DNA of 63,687 nucleotides, the filler included, from Rhabdomonas costata (taxonomy: Eukaryota), in the NCBI GenBank assembly GCA_019059605.1. It is 57 parts of 57 records of this genome, joined end to end, with 100 filler letters (N's around TTAATTAATTAA, not from the genome) between each part and the next. Parts side by side here need not be neighbours in the genome. Positions count along the whole stretch, not along the records: positions 36,946 to 37,964 come from JAHMHO010033234.1; positions 38,065 to 39,083 come from JAHMHO010033235.1; positions 39,184 to 40,202 come from JAHMHO010033236.1; positions 40,303 to 41,321 come from JAHMHO010033237.1; positions 41,422 to 42,440 come from JAHMHO010033238.1; positions 42,541 to 43,559 come from JAHMHO010033239.1; positions 43,660 to 44,678 come from JAHMHO010033240.1; positions 44,779 to 45,797 come from JAHMHO010033241.1; 49 more parts are not named here. One strand, written 5' to 3'. A program made the position numbers and the translations under genes. The notes below the pieces were generated by a model. It saw nothing but the letters and a program-made list of their open reading frames with translations. It made no database searches and was not told the DNA's origin. The first letter of the stretch is position 1, and the number at the start of each line of letters is the position of its first letter. This document shows, one piece after another, positions 37,326 through 50,969 of the stretch.

Positions 37326-40011
37326 CAGACAACCACGAGGCAGAGAAGAAGAATAGGACAGGAACACATTAAGCCCAACAAGGCGGAACAGGAGACAGAA
37401 AAATCATAACGCTGCAAGACGGAGTACATATCATTGAACATTCAAAGCTACGCACTGGCAAAGACGAGTGAGCCAATCAGCCAGTCATGCATGCCTTTTC
37501 CTCAATCCATGAGCACCCCCCCCCCAAAAAAACAAAAGTCCATCAGCAAGCTGTGCGGAGCCAAACTCTCTCCCACCGGATAACTAACCAGCAGAGGTAA
37601 GTCCCTATGGCCGTTGTGGCTTTGTATATATTTGGATCGTATAGGGTTTTGGGGCAGAGAAAAATGAAAGGCAGAAGCAGTGACCAGTAACCAGTAACCA
37701 GTTACCCTTAAGGTCAAGAATGGAAAAGAGAGAGAGAACGTTGTATAAAAAAGAAAAAGCAAAAATATGTATAAAAAAAGTAAAAGCAAGGAAAAAGAGT
37801 TCAGCGTGTAAGCTGGCGTAAGTTAGCAGAATCAATCCGGTTTACTGTCAAAGTACAGGCAGCTTGTGGGGCCAGAAAGCCCAACCTCCAGCACAAGTGA
37901 AGGTTCAGCGGCGCGCGCAGCCAAATGCCACTTCACCTCGAGCAAACAGTGTTCACAAACCCCCNNNNNNNNNNNNNNNNNNNNNNNNNNNNNNNNNNNN
38001 NNNNNNNNTTAATTAATTAANNNNNNNNNNNNNNNNNNNNNNNNNNNNNNNNNNNNNNNNNNNNGTTGTGTGGTGAGTGCATGTGTGTTTATGTGGTTGC
38101 ATTCTGCCATATGCCTGCCGCAGGGCTCGTACCCACCCCACTACACACGCACACACACAGACACAAAGACAGAGGCACACGAATATATAGAGGAATGTGC
38201 TGGCACGGCTGATACCCCCTGCAGATACCGGTGCTGCCCGGCGGCAGGCATATGGCAGAATGCAACCACATAAACACACATGCACTCACGCACACTGAAA
38301 GCCAGACAGATGGAAGCTGCAGCAGCCGCAGCAACGGCTTTCGTAGCCTTTCAACCGGTTGTCGTTTTTTTTTGAGCGAGCAGTGGATTCTGCGACCTGC
38401 AGCAAGAAGGGTATGAGAGGTCGGGATTGATCTTGTGGCCATGGTCGTTTGGCGCAATACGGTGTAATTTAGTGTAGTTAGGCCGAACAAACCGCAATTT
38501 AGCAGGAACCACGTCCTGAAATAAGGGCGGAAAAATTTATTCGCATCCACTTCGCGCTTCTTTCAAGGGATGGTGCACCCCACCCCCATAGCCGCACGCA
38601 TGCGCCAACTCGGTCCGTCCCAAGAGAGGGCGGGGAGAAGGCATAGGGGGAAAGGTTGGGCTCTTTTCGAGTTTGCACAAGTGGCCACGTGGCCGTTCAA
38701 CGCTCCCTCCCGAAATTTGGTTTTGGCACCCGCAATTCGCAATTTTGGCGCAATTCAGCGCAAAATTGGTTCAGTGTAGGGCCCGGCATTGATGGGTTCA
38801 AGGTGTAACTTGAAGAACCACCACTGTTACGGTCACCACCTCACCGGATAAGTTTATTTATGGGAATGGTGCCACACAGGAGGCTGTGGAGCGGCGCCAG
38901 CCATGGTACCCGCTGGACCAGGGGAAGTCTCGCTCCCACTCGGCGGACCTCGTGGCCGCTGCAGAGCGCCGTCGGCTGCAGGAAGCCTGGAAGGCATGTG
39001 CACGTTGCTGTGCCCCCGCTGTGTGGATCCGGGAGCGTGACCTCAGCATAGGCTGCAGTAGCTCTTGTAGTAGAACAAAAACCNNNNNNNNNNNNNNNNN
39101 NNNNNNNNNNNNNNNNNNNNNNNNNNNTTAATTAATTAANNNNNNNNNNNNNNNNNNNNNNNNNNNNNNNNNNNNNNNNNNNNGGGGGTGCGAGAAAAGT
39201 GGAGTCTCAATTCAGCAATGCAGACCCCATTGTCATCAATCCAAGATGCCATCAATACACTCGCCATGCGCCCGCAGATACCATGCAATACAATAACAAA
39301 CGACATGAACTTGACAAAGGTACTTCACCTCTGGTCCACCCACATCGATGGAGCATGGGCCAATCGAGTCTTGTGCTTTGTTCTGTCCGGCCCTCCCGGT
39401 GCCACGCCTTCCCCCTTGAATACCATTCAGAATTCTCTTTCTGACCGTCCACTCATTGGCGCCCGTCCACAGCCCTCAGGGTCCATCCTGCTTTTGGACT
39501 CCTGGTCCTCTACGCGCTCCGCAATCCGAACCACTGACCTCCAGGTTTGGTTGTTTTTTTGTGTTTAGGTGTCTCAAGGTAAAAATCTCCGATGAGGATG
39601 AGGATGACAATGGGGTCTGCATTGCTGAATTGAGACTCCACTTTTCTCGCTCCCCTCCTGCCTCTTCTCGCCGCCATCTTTTAAGAGGGGCTCATTTTTT
39701 TCTTCAAGGGGGCTCGATTTCTCGCCTTGACAGTTCGCACTAAACCTCCCCTTTTAATTTACACCCGGCCCAGCGCCGACTCTCTCTGTCATTGCTGGAG
39801 TCAATGCTGGCTGGTCAGGCCGATGTCGTCGTCATTGGAAGAGTCACTACAGGGGAGCAAAGGGTGTCTCGCTCTGGAACCACCCCAACAGCGGCGTGCC
39901 GGGGGGGGGGGTGGCATCTCTCTTTTCGCAGCGGGATGACCGATCTGCTCAGGCACAGGTAGCGCACCCAAGAGCAAAGAAACAAAAAAAGACATGCAGG
40001 GTGCAGGCACA

Positions 40012-40119
40012 CCCTACGATGCAAGCCGCTACCAGGCCCACCGTCAGCGGCACCCCAGAGTTGATCTCCGCCATCCACACCGACCTCTTCGTGCCCACCA
40101 CAAGCACCCAGTCCAGGCC
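40012..40119 (-). CDS. Exon encoding end of a Cache domain plus TM helix
   Basis: ttgcag|GLDWVLVVGTKRSVWMAEINSGVPLTVGLVAACIV; GLDW.IVV......M..I is a typical Cache-to-TM junction. Confidence 0.6.
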
Positions 40120-41639
40120 CTGCAAAAGCGAAGGGAGAAACCTAACACGAAAGGCAAAGCAAGGCAAAGCATTCCCACCACGAATAGATTTGCAGACAAC
40201 AANNNNNNNNNNNNNNNNNNNNNNNNNNNNNNNNNNNNNNNNNNNNTTAATTAATTAANNNNNNNNNNNNNNNNNNNNNNNNNNNNNNNNNNNNNNNNNN
40301 NNTTTTTTGTGACTGATTCCAGAGATGTGCTATGTGGATTGTGATTCCAGATGTGTGTGAGGTTGCGTGGTGTTTCCAGAGAGTATGTGGCGTGTTTCCA
40401 GAACGTGTTGCGTGATGTGGTGTCTTTCCAGAGCGTGTGGTGTCTGCGTGTTGCAAAGAGAGTGGAAGGAGATCTGGTGCAGAGATGTTCCAGAGGACGA
40501 GTTTACACAGGTGATGTCTGGACCGTCATGAGTGATCGCCCGTCGCCCGTCTGTTGGGACATTCTCCGTCCTAGCAGGGGAGCGTGTAACGGTCCAGGTC
40601 ACCAAGGTGTTCCTCATTCCAGAGGAAGACAGCCAGTACATCAAGGTGTTTCCAGAGACTAGTTTCCAGAGGTTTCATAGAGATTCCAGAGATCCGACAA
40701 GGTGAGCGGAGACGGATCTCAGCCTCTCGTGAGCCAGATCCTGGCCAAACGCTAGGTCAGGCTACCTATCCACAGCTGGGCGAGAGAGCAGAGCAGAGCA
40801 GAGAAGGGCCAGGTGAGAGATGGATGGCCGATAGAGTGACAGTGGGGGAAGACCCCAGGTGAGACAGAGAGCCATGCCACGGGAGGGAGGCCGCATGGAA
40901 TGGGAATGCGTGCACACGACCCGACTGCAGCGATTCAGGTGGTATGTTTTCGGAGTTTTTCAGAGGAAGAAGGATGCACCCACAGTGTTTTTCCAGAGTT
41001 TTCACAGGTGAAAGAGACAAGGAGGCCGAGAATTCAGAGAATTTTCACAGACAAGGCCTCAGCGGATGCAGGCGGAGAAGACGGGCAGTGTGGTGTGTTA
41101 CACAGCGGCGGTTTGAAAAGGTTAGGGTCCCTTCTTTTGTATAGGATTTCAAATTTTACGTTAGGTATTGAAGAAATCCAAAAATCATCAGGTTGCTTTG
41201 TTTTCCAGAGTGTTTTTCTCGTTGCTTTTCGCCTTTTGTTGTTACAGAGGTGCCCTAAAAGAACCACAGCAGAGCCGCAGGCCAGAGCCGAGCGGAGACC
41301 AGGAGGGCCCTGCAGAGGGTANNNNNNNNNNNNNNNNNNNNNNNNNNNNNNNNNNNNNNNNNNNNTTAATTAATTAANNNNNNNNNNNNNNNNNNNNNNN
41401 NNNNNNNNNNNNNNNNNNNNNTGTGTTGGTGTTCGTTGCTGGGAATTTGATGAGACCGAAGTTGCTAATTAGTGGGAGTTGAGCTACATTGGCCGTAGGC
41501 GATCGTTCCTGCTTGCAGACAGACATTTACCACTTTGAACAAAAGGTATCACACAGAAGGTAGTGGATGAAGGTGGTCAGACGCCAGGGCCTCACGAATA
41601 CCCCCCAGCATGCACAAGCTTCCCCATACGCTTATGCAG

Positions 41640-42009
41640 TGGAAGGAGTTCGACGTCACAGAAGCGCTGTTCACCATCGACGACCTGGTGAAGGCGCACG
41701 AGGAGAAGCGGGTATGTGGTGCTGTGTTATATGCACATGCCCGCCTGCTCCTTCTTTTCTCCGACTAATTCGGTCGACGCGAACTTTTTTCAGGGACTGT
41801 GCTCGTCTGCCATCGCGAGGAACCTGAAAAGGCAAACTGGCCAGCGTTGCTTAACTTTGCTGCCGTAAGAATCCCCCGATAGTTAGGCCTGCTTTTGCAC
41901 GCGCACCTGCGGATATGGGAGGGGGGGGTTTGTGCTTCTTAGATCCTGGAGGTGTTCGGCACGGGGACGGCCGCAATTGTGTCCCAGGTTTCCTGCTTCG
42001 CGTACAAAG
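41640..42009 (+). CDS. BCAT: Branched-chain amino-acid aminotransferase, C-terminal exons 41640-41711 and 41943-42009
   Basis: WKEFDVTEALFTIDDLVKAHEEKR|ILEVFGTGTAAIVSQVSCFAYKG; the E.FG.GTA motif; GT-AG in frame. Confidence 0.93.
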
Positions 42010-42108
42010 GTGCTCGCTGCCCTCCTCTCAACTGCTCGCATATGCCGTCCTCATTCTCCCTCTGGCTGCTTCCCTGGAAGTTCCTTCTCACTCTCCTTCT
42101 CCTTCTTG

Positions 42109-42142
<34 letters not shown>
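42109..42142. repeat. (GCT)n microsatellite in the BCAT intron
   Basis: Seen directly. Confidence 0.9.
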
Positions 42143-43141
42143 ATGCTGTGCACCTAGAGTTCCAAATGGCGGGACCCTTTTCCCAATGTTCCGCCTTAAC
42201 AACTTAGCGGATCATTTGGGCTGTTAAGGGGTAATTACGGACCAATACCGAAGCAAATCTTATGGCCGCATCTCACGCCTGCTCCCAACTATATGCTTTC
42301 GGGGTCATGACTCATGTGGTCAAGCCACCGGGTAAATCTGCCTCGTCCGCCACTCCCATGTGACGCGCCCCGCTGCTTTAATCGGTGACTTTCAAAAGGA
42401 GGCATGTACCGGGGTGACCGCCCTCCCCTGCCCACAAACANNNNNNNNNNNNNNNNNNNNNNNNNNNNNNNNNNNNNNNNNNNNTTAATTAATTAANNNN
42501 NNNNNNNNNNNNNNNNNNNNNNNNNNNNNNNNNNNNNNNNCCAGATCAACCTTCATCAATTCATTAAGTTCATTAAGTTACTAGCGCCACTTGCGAGAGC
42601 TGGACTTGCTCTCTGAGAGCCGAAAAGGCGCAAAAGATGAGAGGGCTGACACCTTCCTCTCTATTCGCTCCCTACACCTCTGACTCGTGCGCCAGTCGTT
42701 TGGCTGCTCGATCAATTCACTGACGCCAGCACCTCAGTTCGCTCAGTTTCTTTCAGCATATCTGCTTGAGTTACTTCTCGCCGTTTCGGCTCAGTGCTTT
42801 TGTCAGCGCCGGAAAGCGCAGTTGCTGTAGAAGTCTCAGTAGTTACCTTCGCGTGGGAAATTTGCTTCGTAAACCTCCTTGTATTTGCGTGCGTTGTTCT
42901 TGGTATCGTTCAGTTTCCTCACGGTATGCGTGGACTTCACGAATTAGAACTGAACAGTATGGGCCTAAACGGTCCATGTCGCGAGTCTGTGTGATTCAGC
43001 AGCTGGATGCTTACTTCCCAATGCAGGACAATTTATTCGATTACAGCTGGTTTGCTGGATAATATGCATACCACTCTGCTTTCCTTTACCACAGTGTCAT
43101 CCCTTTTCGTTCCTGCTTCCTGTGTTAGATATCTTGTTGAG

Positions 43142-43559
43142 ATGAATCGAGCTGCGCGTTGGCAGCTTTCGAGCGAGCGTCCTCGCTTGTCCCTCCTGCT
43201 TCTCTTTTCCTTGCTTGTCTCTGTTTGTGTCTCCACTGCCCTTTCCTCTGGCACCCCACGCAAGAGGACCATTCACCTGCAGCACTCCGTGGACACCACC
43301 ACGGCGCCTTCCCTGCTCGGCTCCGCCCGGGCAGGTCAGGACTTGCCCCGCACCCTCGAGACCCCAGCGCTGTACTTGTTGCACTTTCCCTCCTCGGTAA
43401 ACTTCTCTGAAGTCACCCGGGAAGTTTCGGAGGTCGCCGGCTCTTCCGTGGACTATATCCCTCACAACACCCTTCTCGCCAGCCTGACTGGAAGCCTACT
43501 CCATTCCCTGACCAATAGGCTTCCTCATCTGCTGTGGGTCAGCCCGTACAACCCAACCC
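43142..43559 (+). CDS. Signal peptide plus prodomain of a Kp43/TagC-type S8 subtilisin-like protease
   Basis: Hydrophobic leader, then IHL...DT..., LYLLHF, DYIPHNTLL, WVSPY; the catalytic domain is not in the contig. Confidence 0.6.
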
Positions 43560-43669
43560 NNNNNNNNNNNNNNNNNNNNNNNNNNNNNNNNNNNNNNNNN
43601 NNNTTAATTAATTAANNNNNNNNNNNNNNNNNNNNNNNNNNNNNNNNNNNNNNNNNNNNGGGGGTGTGT

Positions 43670-43990
43670 TCGGGGCTGACGACCGCAGCGCAGGCCCAAG
43701 CACATTCGCCGTCATCAGCCCCGAACACCCCATCGGCCCAACAAGCAGACGCCCCGTCGCGATCCCCACGCTGAACGGCACACGGCACGCCTCCTCGTGG
43801 CTCTGCATCCGCCGCGCCGCCGCCACCGCCGCCACGGCGTGGTTGCTGCGCTGGTACAGCACCACCAGGCGGTCCCCGAAAAGGCTCAGCGAGAGCCCTT
43901 CCCCGAGGCAGGAGTTCGCCCCGGAAAGCACCACTTCCATCTCCCGAGTGAAGGCGACTGTGCCCTTTGACCTATGCACCGAGAACACCG
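43670..43990 (-). CDS. Divergent class III adenylate/guanylate cyclase domain fragment
   Basis: FGDRLVVLY...HAVAAVAAARRM......FSVGIATGRLLVGPMGC.G....NVLGP; GD and GIATG..LVG.MG motifs. Confidence 0.8.
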
Positions 43991-46900
43991 AGAAAGCCTT
44001 CTTGGGAATGCATACCGACTCGGCAAAGAACAGAATAAGGGATGTGTACGGGGGCCGGTTCTGTGTCCAAGAGAAGCTGCTTCTTTGTAATAATCGCTTG
44101 AACTTCAGCTGCTGCTCTTGTTGGAACCCCAGCCGAGAGGGCTCTTAACGACCGGTGGTTACCAGAGTCAAACCAGAAAATCAGTATCCAACTGAGCATA
44201 GCTAAATGGGGAACGCCACCATAGCGGATGAGACGGAAACCATTTTGCAATGGTGAATGTTAGCATTGGTTGCGCTCCATTCTCCGGCGGAGCTCTTATG
44301 GGATAAATGAAGGGTCTGGTCTGGGGCTTAAATTTGGGTCCCATGGGTCCCATGGCGACGCACGTTAAAGGGAAGAATGTCCCTCAGCGTGCTGTTGTGT
44401 CGGGCCCCCTTGGTTTCAATTCGCCCTTCACCGTATCCAAAAACAGTGTTAAGGTATAACACCCCGCCCCCTAAAATAGGGACCCGGATTAGACACCTTC
44501 AACTGAAAAATTACACTAAACCACACGATGGCATACCACCCGAGCTCGCCAAAATCCAACCCTTCGGGACAAGACGGTGACCGACATTCAGGGAAAACGG
44601 GACGTACCACTGCCTTGAGTGGGTTCCCCAGTAGTTGACCACCAAAAAGGTGCCGAACTGGAACTGACACCGTGTGGGNNNNNNNNNNNNNNNNNNNNNN
44701 NNNNNNNNNNNNNNNNNNNNNNTTAATTAATTAANNNNNNNNNNNNNNNNNNNNNNNNNNNNNNNNNNNNNNNNNNNNGTGTTTGGTTTTTGGGGGAGGG
44801 GGGGTGAAGTTTTGTAACCATGCCGCAAGGTGGAAGAAGACAGGCGTGCAACCCCAGTCACACATTTAACTGTGCGATGGGAGAGCACGCCTCGTGTTCA
44901 CGATGGATCTGACTTATTCTGTGTTTGGCGTACCAGAGTGTTTGCCGACCCTGTCATTGTGGTCCTTTAAATTCCCAGCAGTTTGTTTCCATACTCAGCA
45001 ATGTGGACTTGACTATATGGAGCTCTCGTCGCATTTGCGTTTGTCGCGTGTTGTAGCCTCCGCTGCGGATCCTCCAAAGAAGCCTCTCGAACAAAGCATG
45101 GAAACCGCTGTGCTGCTGGAGGCCGGCGGGGTGGTGCTGTGTGTGACCGGCCCAGACACCCCACAGCACTTCCTACAGTTCCACCACGACGAGGACGACC
45201 TGAACTCGGACTTCTTGATGGCCCCTGTGAACGAGGAATGTCACTCCATCCCACCTCCCGATTCCTTCCGCCCCACGTAGTGGTATGGCATAGAGGTGCG
45301 TGCTTGTGAGAGGCCTCCTCGATGGCCTGCCATTTGTTTTATGTTTTGTCCGGTGTGTGATGAGATACTGCTGATGGCTTGGGATGTGCATTTGCCAACA
45401 ATCAGTGCGCGTAGCCTCCTTTTTCCGAGTTTGTTGTGGATCCACGGTGCATTGGTAATCTATAATCTTGATTTTGCACCATCTCTTGCTGCAGGTGCCT
45501 GCTTCCTCCCTTGCTCGCAAGGAGCTTAGTGGATCTTGAATCTTTAGTTTTTCCTCCACACGCATACACGGTGGGCAGCACGCCGCACTCATTTTTTTCT
45601 GATGGGGGATTAGGGGTTTGATTCATTATTAGTGCCCTGCTTGGTCAGTGGGGTCAGTGGGGTGCGAATGTGCCCAGGCTGACTTTGACAGTGAGACGCA
45701 GTGCTGTGTGGACTCGAAAGACCCCAATGGGCCGAAGTCCTTCTACGAGCACTTCGTCTCACTGTCAAAGTCAGCCTGGGCACATTCACACCCCACANNN
45801 NNNNNNNNNNNNNNNNNNNNNNNNNNNNNNNNNNNNNNNNNTTAATTAATTAANNNNNNNNNNNNNNNNNNNNNNNNNNNNNNNNNNNNNNNNNNNNTGT
45901 GTGGGTGTGTGTGGGGGTTGGGGTGTATACCAGAGGTTTAGCTCACGTAGCGTGTCCCCTGGAAGCAACTGATTGGTCATTTTACTGGGTGCCGCATGTA
46001 AATGTCCAAATATGATTTTTGAATGCAAGGCGGGATTGAATCTAAGGTGGGGTTGCATGGTGTGTATCACGGCCATTTTGCCTGGTGTATCCTCGGCCTT
46101 GTTTCAGGCTTGCAGTCAGGAAATGAAATAAAAACCTGAAGGGGAGCCGAAGCGCGTACAGCAGAATGGAGGTCAGAACGATTAAGTGAGGACAGCACGC
46201 CCTCCGCCATCTCGAAGGCGTACAAAAGTCAAACTGGGACATTTTATTTGGAGCACCTGGTACCATGCAGTTGCTAATGTGTTCGTTGGAGAGGGAGAGG
46301 GAGAGGGAGAGAGGTTTTGCCGTGATGGTGTTTCGCGGAATCGTGTCTTGAATGCGGGTCTGGGGCTGGAAAGAGGGGTCTGGTTAGGCATTTTTCAGCA
46401 CCTTAGATGAGCTGGAAGCGGATGGACTAGGATTGTGCATGTGACCATTTTGGTGGTCAGTGCTTTCAGGGTGTATCACATGAAGCTCCCGAAATCCATG
46501 TATCACATGAAGCTGGTCTTGCGTTAAGCGCATGTGTTTTTAGGACCCTAGCTTCCGTTGGGTGTAAGGTTATATAATATGTAAGTGTAAGGTTATATAT
46601 ATAAGGTTATATATATGTATAAGAACGGGCACGCCGGGCCAGGCGCCTTCCCTGCGACATCGCAGGCTTACATTACTGAGTGTAATCATTCTTTCGGTAT
46701 AAATCTCTTCCACTAGGAAGATCCGGAAGCCTGCGGCTTCCAATTTTTGCCTCCCGAAAGGGTACCGAAAGGGTATATATAGGTTATATATACATAACTT
46801 TCGGTCGTGTTTTGGAAACGTATCCTGGAAACGCACGGGCAACACCCTCTGTTTCACTGCCTCCTCCCAGCCCCTGTTGAGTTTGTGGTCGTTGAGAAGA

Positions 46901-49770
46901 TGAGAAAGAGGAACCANNNNNNNNNNNNNNNNNNNNNNNNNNNNNNNNNNNNNNNNNNNNTTAATTAATTAANNNNNNNNNNNNNNNNNNNNNNNNNNNN
47001 NNNNNNNNNNNNNNNNTCGCGAAACGCACTGCAAATTCTTCGATTGACGGTGGCTGTAGTCAATCAGTAGCGTGTGAAATTCTCAGTGGCTCCCACATTC
47101 TGACCGCAAGATTCTCAATGACAGTCAGCCCTGAGCTGAGCACTATCCAAACCTCGAATAGTGTGTGTGTGTGTGCTCCTTACGTGACAAGAGAGAGGGA
47201 CAAGGCACCGCGGACCGACAAGGTTGTGGGTCCATGCCCCTGTCGAAAATCGGAAGCCCAGGGTGAAGTAGACCTCGAGTCCTCCTCAGAAAAATTTCAC
47301 TCTTGCCAAGTGTGAGACAGATGGCTCAGACTGGTTCAGCCCATTTATAGCCCCAAAATCCGTAACTGTTCTGTGTACCGGTGCATCCTTATGTTTCCTT
47401 TCCTCTCAGGGGTCGAAGAGTGGTAGCAGTGCCACAGCCTCACCCTCCGCAAAGCCCACCCCAACCCGCCGCCATCCTGTCCCCTTCTCCTCCGGCTCGC
47501 TCTTCTCGGGCTCCACCTCCGCCCGCAACCACGATCCTAGCCCGCTCTCTCACAACTTGGGGGCTTCTGTTCTGGCGTTATCCCGGCGCCCACAGGGTGG
47601 GGTCTCCTCCCCATCCCTGGGCTTCGCCCCGGCAGCGGTTTTGCCGGGGGACGTCCTGCTGGGCACCACGGCGACTGTGGTTCCAGTCCAATCAGAGTTG
47701 ACCGGAGGCACCGCTTCTGCCTCTTCGGAGGCTTTTCCTGCTGTTCTCGGGACGTAGGGAGATTTTGGCGCCTCGCGGCTAGGGGGAACATACTGACGGA
47801 GAAGTTGTATAACGGCGGTATGTGCCATTGAGCTATAACCAAGAATCTTGGGCTGTAAGGCGTTCGGCTACCTTTACCCGTTCAAAATGGGTAAACTATA
47901 TAAAAACGAAACGTCCACACCACTTTGCACTGTAAAGTCGTACTGGCCGTTATGGAAGCCGTCTACCAACAGTGAATCACTTGACATTCTAATGCAGTAA
48001 TGTCAAGCCTTTGTCAATTGATAACCAACCCACANNNNNNNNNNNNNNNNNNNNNNNNNNNNNNNNNNNNNNNNNNNNTTAATTAATTAANNNNNNNNNN
48101 NNNNNNNNNNNNNNNNNNNNNNNNNNNNNNNNNNCTGTGAGGCAGCTCACTGCACCGGTGAGAGAGGGGGGTTGTAGTGGAGGAGAGGTGAAACCCTGCG
48201 CCCCCCAATGTATCTTTGGGGGTGGGGAGGGCCCGCCGGAAAGTTCCGGAACGCCCCCCCCCCTGATCGCCGCTTCTCAGTAGTAGGCCGAGTAAGGGTG
48301 GTAGCCTCGGGAGATCCGGCGGCGTGGGCGGTACGGCCGCGGGGAGTACGAGCGGTACGAAGGATAGTACCTGCACCAAAGGACCCATGAAAGGACTCCT
48401 TACCGCACCCCTACCCCCTCCATTCCCGTTCCAGAAGGAAAATCACATAGCGCGTCCGCAGCAAAGCGTCGACGCAGAATTTTCTCTCCGTCCCAAGTCA
48501 TAAACAGGGCATCGGTTTCGTGAAATCGCTCACTGCTCACCAATTCCAATCCTGGAGACCAGAGAAGTGGTTTAGGTCCGCTGCGGAGCTGCGAGAAACA
48601 CAGGGTGGGCACTTGCGAAAATGCGACCCAAATCGGAGGACACTGCAGTCAGCAGTCTCGAAGAAGCGTTCGAACAAAACGGTGTACATGTTTGTGTCAA
48701 GTGTTGCAAATCTGTTTTCCAATGAGGGTCATCGCCGTTTCTACAGTCCAGCCCAAATCCAATCCAAATCCATCTGGTGCAGCCATAATTCCAGATGGGC
48801 GAAGGATCGCACCCCGCAACAACATCATACGATGGGGGTGCGGGCGGAGGTGCACGGTTTCATACCCCCGGGAGCGTGGGCGCCTTGGCGATTAGCCACG
48901 GCGCGGAGGAGAGGTCAGCCTGCCGCGAGTGTGGCCCATCCCCGGCACATTCACGCGCTTCGGGGAAACCTGTGCATATGCCCCACCAAATACGCAAACA
49001 CCAGCAACACACTCTGACACAAAACAACTGGCACCGGAACGTGCACCGGCCTTTTTGGAGATTTTGCCCAACGCCCGACTGCCATTCTTCTGTGCCTTTG
49101 ATGGACAGAAAAATGCCTACCCCCCCCCTGCCCATGAAAGCGCGCTCTCTCNNNNNNNNNNNNNNNNNNNNNNNNNNNNNNNNNNNNNNNNNNNNTTAAT
49201 TAATTAANNNNNNNNNNNNNNNNNNNNNNNNNNNNNNNNNNNNNNNNNNNNTTGTTTGGTTGACATTCTTCAATGGGTCGACATCACGGGCTTAACGGAG
49301 AAGGAAGTAAGTCTCCGGAAGTGGTTTTCGCAGATGCATCCACCCATTGAAGAATGTCAACCAGAAAACTGCACGGCCCTCCCTCCCAATCTCTCTTTCA
49401 CAGTGACATACAGTCCGCGGCGCGGTTCTGGTGCAGGAAGACGCCGAAGTTGTTCGCCGTGGGGTTGAGGGTCAGCCCGATCCTCCACCACAGCGAGCTG
49501 CTGGTGCCCGAGCGCCTCCGCGGCCGAACGGGCTGTCCAACGGGAACCACCGCGCCCGCATCGCCCTCGCCATTCTGTAGAGCCCACGGGTGGAAATCCA
49601 AAACAAAAAACCCAGGCCAAGAGACAGGTTCACACCACACGCACTCACAACGCGATGTAGTGCACAGGCGCCTGGGGGTTGTTATGGCAAAAGAGAGAGG
49701 CCAGTCACTTAGGCCCCCCCGGGGGGGAACCTCTATTTCTAGGATGAACGGAATCGCACGTCCGTGGACA

Positions 49771-50081
49771 TAAAATCAGGGTGCCGGTGCGCCAACTAAA
49801 ATGAATTCCTCTATCATGTTATACCAGGCCACCAAAGAGCTATCGGATGGCTGTAACATGTGTTAGGCTTCTGGGGGGATTGACTCCTCTCTAAACGAGG
49901 CTAGCAACGAAGAACGCACCTACAAGAGACCAGCGACGAGAGACATTCACGCTATGACATAAGAGACCCTAGGTACACAAGACACCATCACAACGATAAC
50001 CGGGGCCGCAAAAATTAGGGTGCCGGTGCGCCAACCTGAAATGAATTCCTCTTCATGTTATACCAGGCCAGCATCGAGCTA
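49771..50081. repeat. Pair of ~70-bp direct repeats about 239 bp apart
   Basis: agggtgccggtgcgccaac..aaatgaattcctct.tcatgttataccaggcca..gagcta at ~49778 and ~50017. Confidence 0.85.
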
Positions 50082-50377
50082 AAGTCCCCAAAAATGACCT
50101 AAAGGGCAGCTGCAAACCAAACCAAGGAATTCCAGGCCCACGCCGCTGCCGGCATGAAGTATGCCGGGCTCTACCATTATGTACGCCAAGCAGGCTCAGT
50201 ATGACCCCAGACCTTTTAAACCATCCTGACAACCGGTACTAGACAGATGTGACAGATGGAACAAAAACCNNNNNNNNNNNNNNNNNNNNNNNNNNNNNNN
50301 NNNNNNNNNNNNNTTAATTAATTAANNNNNNNNNNNNNNNNNNNNNNNNNNNNNNNNNNNNNNNNNNNNGGGTTTGT

Positions 50378-50969
50378 TCTAGGTGCTCCTCCCTCGGGTG
50401 CACAAAGGGACACCGTTGAAACTTGCATGATCCCGTGCAGCATCGCACTCCTGGGGCACACGTGCTCGTCTTCCACCTGCTTTCAGCTGCGGCTTTCATG
50501 TCTCGCACCTGGGAATGTCAGGGGTCTCTTTCCTGCCGTCGTGTGTGTGTGCGTGTGCGTGTGTGTGCGTGGGGGGTTCGCCCTCTGCGTGCCGCCGGCC
50601 TATGCCCATTTGCCGCGCCATTTTGTTGATCTGGACAATTCATTTTGGGCCTGTCACGGTTGCGCGTACTTACAGCTTCAATGCTGTCCACAACGTCAGC
50701 TTCTGAACACCGTTTGCACATTATTCAATTAAAATAAAAAGCGTGGCTGGGTTTGCATTAACGCTGCGCGGCAGGTGGGTACCCCAGTACAACGCACACG
50801 GCATCAAAGATGTCGCTCTCCTTCTCAATGATGGCCAGCCGCAAGGCGGGGATGATCTGCTCCAGAGCGGCGCTAACCTTCGGCCGAACATCCTGAGCAA
50901 GGCAAGGGAGTCCCAAACCCGTTTGTCCTTCATGACCTTCCGGCAACTGCATGATGGGCACGTAACCGT
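50378..50969 (-). CDS. CCCH zinc-finger-like protein fragment (exons ~50969-50783, ~50508-50378)
   Basis: WKTSTC......CTGSCKFQRCPFVHPREE resembles YKT..C.....G.C....C.F.H..EE. Confidence 0.55.

Noticed and set aside
47320-47400. tRNA or SINE from the A-box-like TGGCTCAGACTGG
   Set aside because: No B-box or cloverleaf.
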